From: an uncultured delta proteobacterium
GTDB taxonomy: Bacteria > Desulfobacterota > Binatia > UBA9968
NCBI GenBank assembly: GCA_963745035.1
Contig: CAVUVW010000013.1
Location: 736,001 to 800,000 of the forward strand
DNA length: 64,000 bases
Direction: 5' to 3'
Part shown: positions 1-12,484 of the stretch, piece by piece
Layout of the letters: each line of letters opens with the position of its first letter
Position numbering within the stretch: position 1 is the stretch's first letter
Position numbers and translations under genes: made by a program
The notes under the pieces: model-generated
Told to the model about the DNA's origin: nothing
Databases searched by the model: none
The model's input: the letters and a program-made list of their open reading frames with translations, nothing else

Positions 1-64
1 CGTTGGTGCCTACCGACAACACCAACGTGCTGTACGTCGCCCAGAAACTGTCGAGCCATTCCAT
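1..64 (-). CDS. N-terminus of branched-chain amino acid ABC permease (LivM-like), truncated by window edge
   Basis: ATG at 64 reads MEWLDSFWATYSTLVLSVGTN; directly follows livH on the same strand. Confidence 0.6.
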   Translation of the reverse strand, partial: MEWLDSFWATYSTLVLSVGTN

Positions 65-93
65 GAATCGGTTCGGTGATCTCGCGCGGGCGA

Positions 94-975
94 TCACGCC
101 CGCCGCCGCGCCACGCGGCCGAAGAGCCCCTGGGGTCGGAGCAGCAGCACGATGAAGAGCAGGCCGAATGCGACCGCATCGCGCATGGTCGAGCCGATGT
201 AAGCAACCGACAACACTTCGGCGAAGCCGAGGAAAAAGCCCCCGAGCAGCGCGCCCCGAACATCGCCCATGCCGCCGAGGATCACCACCGCGATCCCCTT
301 GTGCAGCATCGGCTGTCCCATATGGGGAAACACCGCGTTGGCATAAAGCGCGACCAGCACTCCGGCCGCGCCGCCGAGCAGCGCGGCAATGACCGAAGTT
401 CCACGGCAAAACATTTCCACGTCGATGCCCATCAGCGCCGCCGCTTTAGGCGATTCCGCCACTGCGCGCAGGGCACGGCCGGCGCGAGTTTTTTTGAGCC
501 CCCAAAATAACAGCGCCATCAGTGCCAACGCCAGAAAAATGATCTGCAATTCCAGACGGGTGACTTGCACGCTTCCGGCGCTGACGCTTTCCGCCGGCAA
601 AATTTCTGGAGGGAAGCGGAGATTCGCCGCGCCGAAGAATCCCTCGACCAGGCTCGTCAAACTGATCGCCACGCCGATCGTGGCAATCATCGGCGCCAGA
701 TGCGGCGCCTGGCGCGCGCGCAGAGGCGCTAGGATGAATCGATCCAGCAACCAGCCGGCCGCGGCGGTGACCAACAGCGCCGCCAACATAGCCGCCGGCA
801 GCGGCAGGTTGAGCGCGACCACTGCCTGCAGCGCGGCGTAGGCCCCGAGCATGAACACCGCGCCATGCGCCAGGTTGATGACGTTGAGGACGCCGAAAAT
901 CAGAGTAAAACCGAGCGCGAACAGGGCATAGACGCCGCCGAGAGACAGGGCGTTGACGATCTGTTGGGAGAGCAT
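94..975 (-). CDS. livH: Branched-chain amino acid ABC transporter permease
   Basis: GGVYALFALGFTLIFGVLNVINLAHG and GRALRAVAE motifs; hydrophobic. Confidence 0.92.
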   Translation of the reverse strand: MLSQQIVNALSLGGVYALFALGFTLIFGVLNVINLAHGAVFMLGAYAALQAVVALNLPLPAAMLAALLVTAAAGWLLDRFILAPLRARQAPHLAPMIATIGVAISLTSLVEGFFGAANLRFPPEILPAESVSAGSVQVTRLELQIIFLALALMALLFWGLKKTRAGRALRAVAESPKAAALMGIDVEMFCRGTSVIAALLGGAAGVLVALYANAVFPHMGQPMLHKGIAVVILGGMGDVRGALLGGFFLGFAEVLSVAYIGSTMRDAVAFGLLFIVLLLRPQGLFGRVARRRA

Positions 976-978
976 CCG

Positions 979-2133
979 CTATTTTTGAATCACGTAGCGG
1001 TTACCTTGGGTGACCATGACGATGGCGGTCTGGACCGCGTCATAGCCGGCCGGTTTGCCGTCGCGGGCTGGTACCTGGCGAAACTTGAAAGGCCCCGTCG
1101 CTCCAGTCCACTGGATCGCCGGCAGGGCGTCGCGCAGCGCCCGGCGGTCCGCCTCGAGCTTGCCGGTGATTTTTATTTTCTTGAGCGCTTGGGCGACGAT
1201 GTACATGGCGTCGTAGGCCTGCGCGGCGAACTGATCCGGCAGCGAGCCATGAACTTTTCGGTAGGCGGCGATGAAGCGCTGGTTCTCCGCCGCGGGATTC
1301 TCGATCGACCACGGGCTACCGACCCAAAGATTATCCGAGCTGTCTTTGGCCAGCTCGAACACCCGCGGCGAGTTCATGCCGTTACCGCCGATGAACGGCA
1401 GGGTGATACCCAACTGGCGCGCCTGCACCATCAGCGGCGCGCCTTCGGCGACCAACGCCGAGAGTACGATGGCGTCGGGATTGCTGGCTTTGATCTTGGT
1501 GAGTTGCGGCTTGAAGTCGACATCGCCCTTGGCAAATGTCTCGGTCGTCGTGACCGGCATGTTTAAATTTTGCAGCGCTTTTTTGAAGTTGTCGTAACCG
1601 CTCTTGGTGAAAATATCGTCGTTGCCGTAAAGCACAGCGACCTTTTTGAAACCGGTTTTTTGCGATGCCGCGCGCAGGGTGACCGGCAGGATGTCCGCCT
1701 CGGTCACCGAATTGCGAAATACATAGTTGCCGATGGACGTGATGCCGTCGGCGGTATTCGACGTGCCGAACACGACCACCTTCGCGGATTGGGCCACCGG
1801 ATCGGAAGCCTGCGCCGAGTTGGACAAGGTCGGCCCGAACAGCATCAAGACCTTGTCCTGGAAGATCAGCTTTTTAAAAACGTTGATGGCTTCTTCTTTT
1901 TTTCCTTGCTCGTCCTCGATGATCACGTCGATTTTCTGACCGTTGATGCCGCCGCCGGCATTGATCTCGCTCAGGGCCAACTCGAAGCCTTTCCGAATCG
2001 GCCCTCCGTATTGCGCCGCGTTGCCGGTCAGCGCTTCAGCCGCGCCAATCTTGATCTGAGCAAACGCAACGCCGGCAAAAAGGCCAAGCGTCAAAATGGC
2101 TCCCAGCAAAATCTTGCTCAATCTCCCGATCAC
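979..2133 (-). CDS. Branched-chain amino acid ABC substrate-binding protein (LivJ/LivK family)
   Basis: Signal peptide, IKIG..ALTG, INAGGGING, DFKPQLTKIK, AAQAYDA; GTG start chosen after GAGG SD. Confidence 0.88.
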   Translation of the reverse strand: MIGRLSKILLGAILTLGLFAGVAFAQIKIGAAEALTGNAAQYGGPIRKGFELALSEINAGGGINGQKIDVIIEDEQGKKEEAINVFKKLIFQDKVLMLFGPTLSNSAQASDPVAQSAKVVVFGTSNTADGITSIGNYVFRNSVTEADILPVTLRAASQKTGFKKVAVLYGNDDIFTKSGYDNFKKALQNLNMPVTTTETFAKGDVDFKPQLTKIKASNPDAIVLSALVAEGAPLMVQARQLGITLPFIGGNGMNSPRVFELAKDSSDNLWVGSPWSIENPAAENQRFIAAYRKVHGSLPDQFAAQAYDAMYIVAQALKKIKITGKLEADRRALRDALPAIQWTGATGPFKFRQVPARDGKPAGYDAVQTAIVMVTQGNRYVIQK

Positions 2134-2179
2134 TGCGTCCTCACTCCGTTCCGAGAACAAGCTATTGCGCACAAGCCAG

Positions 2180-2749
2180 CTACTTCTTTCCCGCTTCGAC
2201 GTGCCAAAGATAAAGAGTGTGGTCCCAGTTCGAGCCATCCTTGATATTCTCGGTCTTGAGCGGCTTCCAGTCGCCCATGTCGAAATCGTGCGACACGATT
2301 CGCGACCCCGGTTTCATTTGTTTCCAAATATTCGGCCGGATCATGAGATTTACTTCCGGCAAGAGATACATCGTCAATACCGTCGCTCCCGATAGATCGA
2401 CGGTGCGAATGTCCTGCTGGCGAATCTCGACCAGGCTTTCCACTCCTGCCTTTTTGATGTTCTCGTGCGACTCTTTGATACGCTGGGGGTCGATCTCGAA
2501 GCCGATGGCTTTGACGCCGTATTTCTTCGCCGCGGTCACCACGATGCGGCCGTCTCCGGAGCCCAAGTCGTAAACCACGTCGCCCTTTTTGACTTGCGCC
2601 AGATCGAGCATGCGATCGACGACTTCCTGCGGCGTCGGCACGTAGGGCACGATCTTGCCTTCTTGCGCGCGGGCTAGATTCAGATGGATGAGCGCTGGTG
2701 AAACGCCTATAGCGACGGCGAACAGAAGAACCCGGATACGACCTTTCAT
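2180..2749 (-). CDS. Class I SAM-dependent methyltransferase (FAM173/aKMT-like) with N-terminal signal-like sequence
   Basis: PYVPTP, DLGSGDGRIV, GFEID, RIVSHDF motifs. Confidence 0.85.
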   Translation of the reverse strand: MKGRIRVLLFAVAIGVSPALIHLNLARAQEGKIVPYVPTPQEVVDRMLDLAQVKKGDVVYDLGSGDGRIVVTAAKKYGVKAIGFEIDPQRIKESHENIKKAGVESLVEIRQQDIRTVDLSGATVLTMYLLPEVNLMIRPNIWKQMKPGSRIVSHDFDMGDWKPLKTENIKDGSNWDHTLYLWHVEAGKK

Positions 2750-2821
2750 GCAACCTCCCCCGCAACAATCGATGAAGTCTAGCGACTCTGTTTTTCCGCT
2801 GTCAAACCGGCGACGCCCGGA

Positions 2822-3127
2822 CTAGCCGTTCTTCTGCCAGAATTTGCCGAGCCAACTGCCCTCTTCCTTCTCGGCCACCTGTTCCAGCTCGCCGGCGTCG
2901 AGCCAGATGCCGTTGCAGCCGGTGCACTGATCGATGGCGATCTTTTGGAAGCTGCGCTCCTTGAGCGGCTCGCCGCATTTGGGGCACCTCATGGAAGATG
3001 CTTTGGCAGCAGCCTCCTTGCCCTCCGCCTCCTGCTTGGCTCTCATCTTCGCCAGCAGCTCGCGCTCCTTCTTCACGAAGTATTCGTCTTCCTGCGCTTT
3101 TTTGCGCTCGTCCCATTTATTCGCCAC
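2822..3127 (-). CDS. Small zinc-ribbon (zf-TFIIB-like) protein with charged N-terminal helix
   Basis: CPKC...CTGCNGIWLDAGELE; GTG start after AGGAGG. Confidence 0.85.
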   Translation of the reverse strand: MANKWDERKKAQEDEYFVKKERELLAKMRAKQEAEGKEAAAKASSMRCPKCGEPLKERSFQKIAIDQCTGCNGIWLDAGELEQVAEKEEGSWLGKFWQKNG

Positions 3128-3221
3128 GGTAGCCTCCTGAAATTTGGAAAATATTTACTAGGCCAAGGATTTCTTGAGCCATGTCGCAGCGTCTGGTGTG
3201 CCCTGATGGACAGGAACCGGT

Positions 3222-3837
3222 CTAACCGGCAAAACCGCCAATATACGGCAGCTTCGCGGCGGTCTTCTTGACCTGCTCGAGATTGGCGCGCAGCAGCGCC
3301 GTGGAATCCCAAGAACCCGTGGTCAGCGCGATGCGATAGGTCTCGGGCAGGTCGATGGCGATTTTGTGATTGCCGTAGACAAGTGTCTTACTTTCCAGAT
3401 CGACCGCGTATTCGGTGCGCGGATTCTCCTCGACGCTCTTCATCAGTTGTTCGATCTCTTTGGCGCCGACGGTAACCGCCGGCAGCCCCATCATCGTGCA
3501 GTTGCCCGCGAAGATGGCGGCAAAGGATTCGCCGACGATGGCTCTGATACCAAACCGATAGATCGCCTGGGGCGCGTGCTCGCGCGACGAGCCGCAGCCG
3601 AAATTCTTGTTGACGAACAGAACCGACGCGCCTTTGTATTCGGGATCGTTGAACGGATGGTCCTTCTTCTTGCCCGAGCCGTCATAGCGCTCGTCGAAAA
3701 ACGGGTACTCGCCCATGCGCGCGAACGTCACTTCCTTCAAATAGCGCGCGGGAATGATGCGATCGGTATCGATGTCGTTGCCGCGAATCGGCACCGCGGT
3801 GCCGCTGACCTTGCGTGATCTTGACTATCTCGCTCAT
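3222..3837 (-). CDS. leuD: 3-isopropylmalate dehydratase small subunit (1-nt frameshift near 3813)
   Basis: DIDTDRIIP, NFGCGSSREHAPQA; ATG at 3837 is out of frame with the body by one base. Confidence 0.92.
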
Positions 3838-3847
3838 GCTGCCTCGC

Positions 3848-5248
3848 TCACTCGTAGTCGCGCACGTCGACGACTTTGCCGTTGAGCGCCGCGGCGGCCA
3901 CCATGGCCGGGCTCATCAAGAGAGTCCGTCCCTGCGGGCTTCCCTGGCGCCCGATGAAATTGCGGTTCGACGACGACGCGGAAATTTCCCGGCCGTTGAG
4001 CTTGTCCGGATTCATCGCCAGACACATCGAACAGCCGGCCTCGCGCCATTGGAACCCGGCTTCCTGAAAAATCTCGTGCAAGCCTTCCTGCTCGGCGAGC
4101 TTCTTCACCTCAGCCGAGCCCGGCACCACCAAGCGCGCGCACCGCGGAATTGACTTTTCGTCCCTTGGCGATCTTCGCCGCCGCGCGCAGATCGGCGAGC
4201 CGGCCATTGGTGCACGAGCCGATGAACGCCACGTTGATCGGCGTGCCGAGCATGGGCGCGCCGGGCTGCCAGCCCATGTGCTCGTAGGCTTTTTTGGCGC
4301 CGTCCGGATCGGAAAATTCTTCCGGCTTGGGCATTTTCTCGGAGATGCCCACCGATTGTCCGGGATTGATGCCCCAGGTCACGGTCGGTTCGATGTCTTT
4401 TCCCGAGATAAGTCACAACGTCGTCGAACTTGGCATCCGCGTCGGAAGCGACGGATTTCCAATAAGCGATCGCTCGCTCGAACGCTGCTCCCGTCGGCAC
4501 GTGAGGACGGCCCTTGAGATAGTCGAAGGTGGTCTGATCCGGATTGACATAGCCGACCAGCGCGCCGCCCTCGATGCTCATGTTGCACACGGTCATGCGC
4601 TCTTCCATGTTCATGCGGTCGATAACCGCGCCGCCGTATTCGTAAGCGAATCCTTTGCCGCCCGCCACGCCGAGCCGGCGAATGATGTGAAGAATCACGT
4701 CCTTGGCATAAACGCCGATGCCGAGCGCGCCGTCGATATTGATTCGGCGCACTTTGAGTTTGTCCATCGCCAGTGTTTGCGTCGCCAGCACATCGCGCAC
4801 CTGGCTCGTGCCGATGCCGAAGGCGAGGGTGCCGAAGGCGCCGTGGGTGCTCGTGTGGCTGTCGCCGCATGCCAGGGTCATGCCCGGTTGGGTCAACCCG
4901 AGCTGTGGCCCGATGACATGCACGATCCCTTGGTTCATGCTGTCCAGGCCGAAAAACTCGACGCCGAACTGCTCGACGTTTCTCTCCAGCGCCTGGGTGA
5001 GATCTTCCGCTTCTTTGTCGAGAAATGGCCTTTGGCGCAAGATCCGTCGGCACGATGTGATCGACGGTCGCGAACGTGCGATCGCGAAACGCGACGTCCA
5101 TGCCCTGTTCACGCAGCATGTCGAAAGCCGGAGCGGTAGTAATTTCGTGAATGAGATGGAGTCCGATGAATAACTGGGTCTGTCCCGTGGGCAGAATACC
5201 GACGGCATGAGTCTCCCAAATCTTATCGTAAAGCGTTCTGCCGGCCAT
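3848..5248 (-). CDS. leuC: 3-isopropylmalate dehydratase large subunit (split by about three frameshifts, near 5040, 4400 and 4130)
   Basis: [55 protein letters not shown] spread over four ORF fragments. Confidence 0.92.
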
Positions 5249-5320
5249 CAAAAAACTCCTTCGCGGGGATAATATCGGTCGCTACCGGTGACTGCAAGAG
5301 CGAGCGGCGAAGCGCGGGTC

Positions 5321-5429
5321 GAGGATGGAGAATGGAGGATGGAGGATCGACGTCGGATTTCGCCATCCTCTATCCTCTATCTTCCATCCTCGATCTTTTT
5401 TTCTTCTCGATCCTCTATCCTCGATCCTC
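5321..5429. repeat. 7-nt-period tandem repeat (GAGGATN) in inverted arms
   Basis: GAGGATG GAGAATG GAGGATG GAGGATC at 5321-5348 versus CATCCTC TATCCTC TATCTTC CATCCTC at 5364-5391 and three more units at 5409-5429. Confidence 0.9.
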
Positions 5430-6805
5430 CGATTTACCGTAGATCCACTTGCCGGGGTTGCGCGCGTAGTCTTCGTAGGAACCGGCGCAGGTAATGCCTG
5501 GAATCTGTGGGATCCAGTCCTCGCGTAGGAGATCGTCCGGGTCGCCGTACTTTTCGGCCAGCTTGCGCACTTCCGGATCGTCGAGCGCGGTGAGCCTGCC
5601 GTCGCGGATGATCGTATATTCCTTGCCGGCCTTGGTCGTGATCGTGAAGGTGGGAAACAGGAGATGAATATGCAGATGGCCGTAGAGGATGCCGTTTTCG
5701 CCGGCCCACTTTTCCTCCGCCGAGCGCCACAAGGTACCGAAGCCCATGTGAATCACCCCGGAGCGGCGCCGCTCCCATTCGAAGCCGCCGGAGGAATGCC
5801 TCTCGATACCGCTCGGCCGCATGATTTTGGGATTGGTGCCGATGGCAACTTCCCAGAGATAAAATAAACCCGGGCGCGGAAAGCAGGGATACTGCGTGTG
5901 GCGGCTCTCTTCGAGTAGGCCGCGCCAGGCATCGCCGTAGGCCGCGCCACCGCTCACTTTGACCACCTGGCCGCCTTCGAGCTCCACTTTCACCTGCGGA
6001 AACGCTTTGGAAAAATGACTGGTCGTGCCGGCCACAACCCCGGCCGCGTCTTCTTTGGCGATGATCGGCGGCACCGGATGGCCGAACAGATGACCGTTTC
6101 GCGGCGTCGACGAAAAACCGTAGCGCGTTCCATCGTAGTATTCATCCCAGTAGGTCCAGCTAAGGTCCGTGCCTTCGGCATCGGTCAGCCGTGCGCGCCC
6201 ACCCGGCCGTATTCCCAGATCGGATCCCAGGTTTTCTTGTTGATGAGCAGGTGGAGATCGAGCGGGTAGGTCGTCGAGCGCTGGAGAAAATGCTCTGCGC
6301 GCAGCCAGGGAATCTGCTCGTAGCGAAACTCGGTTTTCGGGATCGGCCCGCCCTTGCCGTGAATGAGCAGATCGTAGCCGCCGCGCAGCGCGAAATTTTC
6401 GATGTAGGGCATCCCTTCCCAGCGCCGCGGATTGTTGTCCCACGGCTCGCGCCGCATGATGACGTCGACCTCGTCGGTGTAATCGAACACCCGGTCCGGG
6501 TCGCCCATATCAGCGACGAGGATATCGACGTGCGCGCCCTTCTCGCGCAGCGCCGCCGCCACGGCGTGCGGCACGTCCAGATCGTACTCGCGGTCGATGG
6601 CGATGAGAATCTTGTTGCCGGATCGGGTCTTGTCATAGCCGACAAAACCGATGTGGCTGTCGCGGTTCTCCCGTGAATTGGCGAGCTGGCGCGCAAACGG
6701 CATCAAGTGCGAGATATCCGCCGAGCGCAACCCGCGATTGCGTAGCTGCAATTCGCGCGGAACAGAATTACTGATACCGACGCCATCATCGGCCGTGTCA
6801 CACAT
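5415..6805 (-). CDS. Uncharacterised M29 aminopeptidase/NicX-fold-like metalloprotein (frameshift near 6200)
   Basis: ORFs 6185..6805 and 5415..~6195 join; TDAEGTDL, WEVAIGTNP, GVIHMGFG, HLHIH motifs. Confidence 0.6.
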
Positions 6806-6827
6806 GGAAAAACCTCCGAAAAAAAAT

Positions 6828-6916
6828 TGGAGTGATGGAGTGTTGGAGTACTGGAGTAACGGGGGAAACCCTCTTCCGACCTCATTACTCCATCACTCCA
6901 ATACTCCATTACTCCA
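6828..6916. repeat. 8-nt-period tandem repeat (TGGAGTRN) in inverted arms
   Basis: Four TGGAGTRN units at 6828-6859 and four NYACTCCA units at 6885-6916. Confidence 0.92.
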
Positions 6917-6919
6917 CTC

Positions 6920-7831
6920 TTACAGACAATTCCTCTTCACCCAATCGACGATCTCGCACCTCTTGGCGAACCAGAGATCGGGAAACGACTTCGCGTACTT
7001 GATGCACTCGTCATAAACCTTGCCCGTCGCCGGAAAAGCCATCTGGCAGTGCATCGCCAAAGTCAGCATCTTCGGCTCCTCGGCCGACTCCTCGTACAAC
7101 AGATCGAACTCGTCCTTGAACGAATTGAAAACGTCGCGCGCCGTGATGCCGCGGCGATACATGCCGGTGTCGTTCAGCCCGCTGACCGCGTTTTTGTAAG
7201 GCACGATGATCATCGTCTTGCCGTTGATACTCACCGGATAAGGATTGTCGTCGTTGACCGCGTCGCCATGCCAGGCAAAGCCTTCGTCGGCGAGAATGCC
7301 GAGGGTGCGCTCGGTGTGGCGCATGCCGGAAGTCAGCCAGCCGGTCGGCCGCACTCCGGTGAAATCCTCGAACATCTTCGCGCAAGTGCGAATCTCTTCC
7401 CGTTCCTGCTCTTCGGTGAGCTGCGTCAATTGAATATCTTCGGCGTACGAATGGCCGACGATCTCGTGGCCGCGCTCGTGCACCGCTTTGACCGCTTCGG
7501 GATATCGATGGATGCACAGCGCGTTGGTGTTGAACGATGCCTTCACTCCGTATTTGTCCAGAATGCGCAAAATGCGCCACACCCCGGTCCGCCCGCCGTA
7601 ATCGTTTTCACTCGCGGTGCGGCAATCATAGAGCGAGACCACATCGTCTTCCTTGATCGGATTCGAACCGCCGACGTGATGAGTTCGCCGGTGCTTGGGA
7701 TTGGGAATTTCCGTCCATGCCTCGAGATTGCCCGCCAGAGCCACCGCCATCCGCGCGCCGTCCGGCCATTTGATCTTGAGCTTTCTCGCCTTCGAATACA
7801 CGTCGTAAAAATTATCTTGCTGCGGCATCAT
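6920..7831 (-). CDS. Polysaccharide deacetylase family protein (PuuE/CE4-like)
   Basis: WPDGARMAV, DYGGRTGVWRIL, GHEIVGHSY, GVRPTGW, TLAMH. Confidence 0.85.
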   Translation of the reverse strand: MMPQQDNFYDVYSKARKLKIKWPDGARMAVALAGNLEAWTEIPNPKHRRTHHVGGSNPIKEDDVVSLYDCRTASENDYGGRTGVWRILRILDKYGVKASFNTNALCIHRYPEAVKAVHERGHEIVGHSYAEDIQLTQLTEEQEREEIRTCAKMFEDFTGVRPTGWLTSGMRHTERTLGILADEGFAWHGDAVNDDNPYPVSINGKTMIIVPYKNAVSGLNDTGMYRRGITARDVFNSFKDEFDLLYEESAEEPKMLTLAMHCQMAFPATGKVYDECIKYAKSFPDLWFAKRCEIVDWVKRNCL

Positions 7832-7926
7832 GATCCGCTCTTCCTCCTCAGCTCCTGAGGAATTTTTGTTATGGCTTCGATATATGGAAATCGCGAGAGG
7901 CTGTCAAATAACTCGGCGTATCGCGC

Positions 7927-8665
7927 TCAATATTTGACTTCGATCAGATACAGTCCATGCGGCGGCGCGGTCGGTCCCGCTTGGTTCCGGTCGCGCGCTT
8001 CGAGCAATTCGCCGAACGATTGGGCCGTGCGCAGCCCGACGTCCAACTTCCACCAAGCGTGCCGACGATGTTGCGCACCATGTGGCGGAGAAACGCGGTG
8101 GCTTCGATGGTGTAGACAAGCAACTCGCCGCGCGGCTGCAATGAAGTTCGATAAACTTTCTGATCGGATGCGTCGCGTCGCAGCCGGCGGCGCGGAAGGA
8201 GGAAAAATCATGCTCGCCTGGCAGAGCACAAGATCGCCTCGCCGCATCGCGGCACGGTCCAAATGTTCGTGCACATGCCAGGCGCGATTTAGATAGAACG
8301 GCGACGGCGTCGTACCGATTGAGGATGTGATACTCGTAGATGCGGCTTCGGCCGTCGCGCCGCGCATCGAAGTCATCGGCTACGACTTCGACTTCTTTGA
8401 TCGTGATATCGTCGGGAGTGAGCGCGTTGAGGCCGCGGCAGAATCCGATGGCGGCCAAATTCCTTGCTCGGCGATGAAATTTGCCACCTGGCCGAGCGCA
8501 TGAACGCCCGGCATCGGTGCGCCCCGAGCCGATGATGCGCGTGGCGTTCCGAGGAAAGTCGAAATCGCCCGCTCTAAAACTGCTTGGATGGTTCGCCGTT
8601 GGGTTGAATCTGCCAGCCGCGATAGCCGGGTGCCTTCGTACTCGATAGTAATCTTGATGATTCAC
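7927..8665 (-). CDS. truA: tRNA pseudouridine(38-40) synthase (multiple frameshifts)
   Basis: IIGSGRTDAG, FDARRD..SRIYEY, GEHDFSSFRAA, AFLRHMVRNIVGTL, TAPPHGLYL in different frames. Confidence 0.88.
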
Positions 8666-8703
8666 GGCAAGGCAATGCGGAAGCAGATCAGCGCATGTCT
8701 TAA

Positions 8704-9733
8704 CTAGAGATAATCGCGGATCAGGATCTCGGCGATCTGCACGGCGTTGAGCGCCGCGCCTTTGCGCAGGTTGTCCGACGACCACCCATAAATTGAGGCC
8801 ATTGGCGACGGAATGGTCTTCGCGAATCCGGCCAACGTAGGTGGCGTCTTTGCCAGACTGCATCGATCGGCGTCGGATAAACATTATTCTCCGGTTCGTC
8901 GGCGAAGATGCACGCCCGGCGCGTCACGAAGAATCGTCTTGGTTCTGCGCCGCCGAAAGTTTCTCCTACCGTCTCGACGTTGACGGACTCCGAGTGGCTG
9001 CAGAAACACCGGCACGCGCACGGCGGTCGCGGTTACCGGGAGAGTCGGCTCGCCAAGGATCTTGCGGGTCTCGTGGATCATTTTCCATTCTTCTTTGGTG
9101 TAGCCGTCTTCCATGAAAACATCGATATGCGGGATGCAGTTGAACGCAATCTGGTGCGGAAATTTTTCTTTCTTGATCTCCCGGCCGTTGAACAGCGCAG
9201 CCCACCTGCTGGCTCAGTTCTTCCATGGCCATTCGGCCGGCTCCCGAAACCGATTGGTAAGTCGACACCACAACCCGCTTGATGCGCGCCGCGTCGTGAA
9301 TCGGTTTTAGCGTCACGACCATTTGGATGGTCGAGCAGTTCGGGTTGGCGACGATGCCGCGTGTTTTGTATTTGGCGATTTCCTTGGCGTTCACCTCCGG
9401 AACGACCAGCGGAACGTCGGGCTCCATGCGGAAATGCGAGGTGTTATCCACCACCACGGCGCCGGCCGTGACTGCCGCCGGGGCAAATTTGGCGCTCACC
9501 TTGGCGCCGGCGGAAAATAAAGCGATGTCGATGCCGCGGAACGAATCCTCGTTCAATATAGCGACGCGAACTTGTTTGTTCTGAAAAGGCAGGAATTGGC
9601 CGGCGGAGCGCTCCGAAGCCAACAGTCGCAACTCGCCGACCGGAAATTGGCGCTCTTCCAACACTTCGCGCAATTGCTCGCCGACCGCGCCGGTGGCGCC
9701 GACGATCGCGACATTATAACTTTCTTTTTTCAC
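8704..9733 (-). CDS. asd: Aspartate-semialdehyde dehydrogenase (frameshifts in the 3' half)
   Basis: [36 protein letters not shown]; C-terminal [17 protein letters not shown] ends at TAG 8704. Confidence 0.92.
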
Positions 9734-9735
9734 GA

Positions 9736-10826
9736 CTATCGCCCCTTCGCCTTTTCGATCTTGGCGCGCACGAGCCCGCCCATCTGCCGGCAGCCGACGA
9801 GCTGCCCGCCGGGCTCCTGGATATCGGCGGTACGGTAACCGTCATTGAGCACATCCTCCACCGCTCGCTCAATTGCCTCCGCAGCCGCCATCTGATCGAG
9901 CGAGTGACGCAGCATGAGCGCGACGCTCAAGATCGTTGCCAAAGGATTTGCTTTGTCCTGGCCCATGATGTCGGGCGCGGTGCCGTGCACCGGCTCGTAC
10001 ATCCCAACCTTGCCGCCGAGACTGGCCGACGGCAGCATGCCGATCGAACCGGTGAGCATTGCCGCCTCGTCGCTCAGAATATCGCCGAACATGTTCGTCG
10101 TGACGACCACGTCGAACTGCTTGGGATTGCGAATCAACTGCATGGCACAGTTGTCGACCAGCATGTGCTCCAGTTGGATGCCCGCGTAGCCTTCTTCTTT
10201 GTGGATCCGCGTGACGACCTTGCGCCACAATTCGGTGACTTCGAGCACATTGGCTTTATCCACCGACGTGACTTTCTTACGCCGCTTGAGCGCCGCCTGA
10301 AATGCCACGTGTGCGATCCGCTCGATTTCCGGCGTGGTATAAACCTCGGTGTTGACTCCCCGCTCCGTGCCGTCGGCGAGTTGCGTCACTCCCTTGGGTT
10401 GGCCGAAGTAAATCCCGCCGGTAAGCTCGCGCACCACCAGAAGGTCCGTCCCTTCCACGACTTCGCGTTTCAACGTCGAAGCCGAGGCCAATGCCGAGAA
10501 CAATTTCACCGGACGCAGGTTGGCGAATAGACCGAGCTCCTGGCGCAATCCCAACAACGCGCGCTCGGGCCGAATCGAATAGTCGAGGCCGTCCCACTTG
10601 GGACCGCCCATCGCGCCGAGCATTACCGCGTCGCTCTGCTTGGCCAGATTGAGAACCGTGTCGGTGAGCGGCTTGCCGTGCGCATCGATGGATGCGCCGC
10701 CGACGATGCCTTCTTCTAATTCTACGCCGAAGTTGTAAAGCTTGGCGATCTGCTTGAGAACCTGAATGCCCTCGTGCATCACCTCGGGGCCGATACCGTC
10801 GCCCGGCAAGACTGCGATTTTGTAGC

Positions 10827-10830
<4 letters not shown>
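9736..10830 (-). CDS. leuB: 3-isopropylmalate dehydrogenase
   Basis: [42 protein letters not shown]. Confidence 0.97.
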
Positions 10831-12380
<1,550 letters not shown>

Positions 12381-12422
12381 GATCCATTCTCCTCGATCGT
12401 TGCCCCGTTGATCCCTGTCCGC

Positions 12423-12456
12423 AAATAAAAACTCCCGCGGCAGGGCCAACGGGAGT
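12423..12456 (-). terminator. Intrinsic terminator-like hairpin between pssA and leuA
   Basis: Minus strand ACTCCCG-TTGGCCCTGCCG-CGGGAGT followed by TTTTATTT. Confidence 0.65.
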
Positions 12457-12484
12457 GTTATGATTCGCTAGTTCAGCCAGGATC

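Noticed and set aside
5288-5528. Short ORFs such as MENGGWRID and MEYWSDGV over the repeats
   Set aside because: They are translations of the periodic repeats, not genes.
6828-6916. Periodic repeats as CRISPR arrays
   Set aside because: Units are 7-9 nt, adjacent and without unique spacers, and there are no cas genes.
3800-9300. Frameshifts in leuD, leuC, the M29-like gene, truA and asd as pseudogenisation or programmed frameshifting
   Set aside because: Clustered single-base indels in essential genes with intact motifs and no slippery-site pattern point to low-coverage long-read consensus error. Read polishing would settle it.
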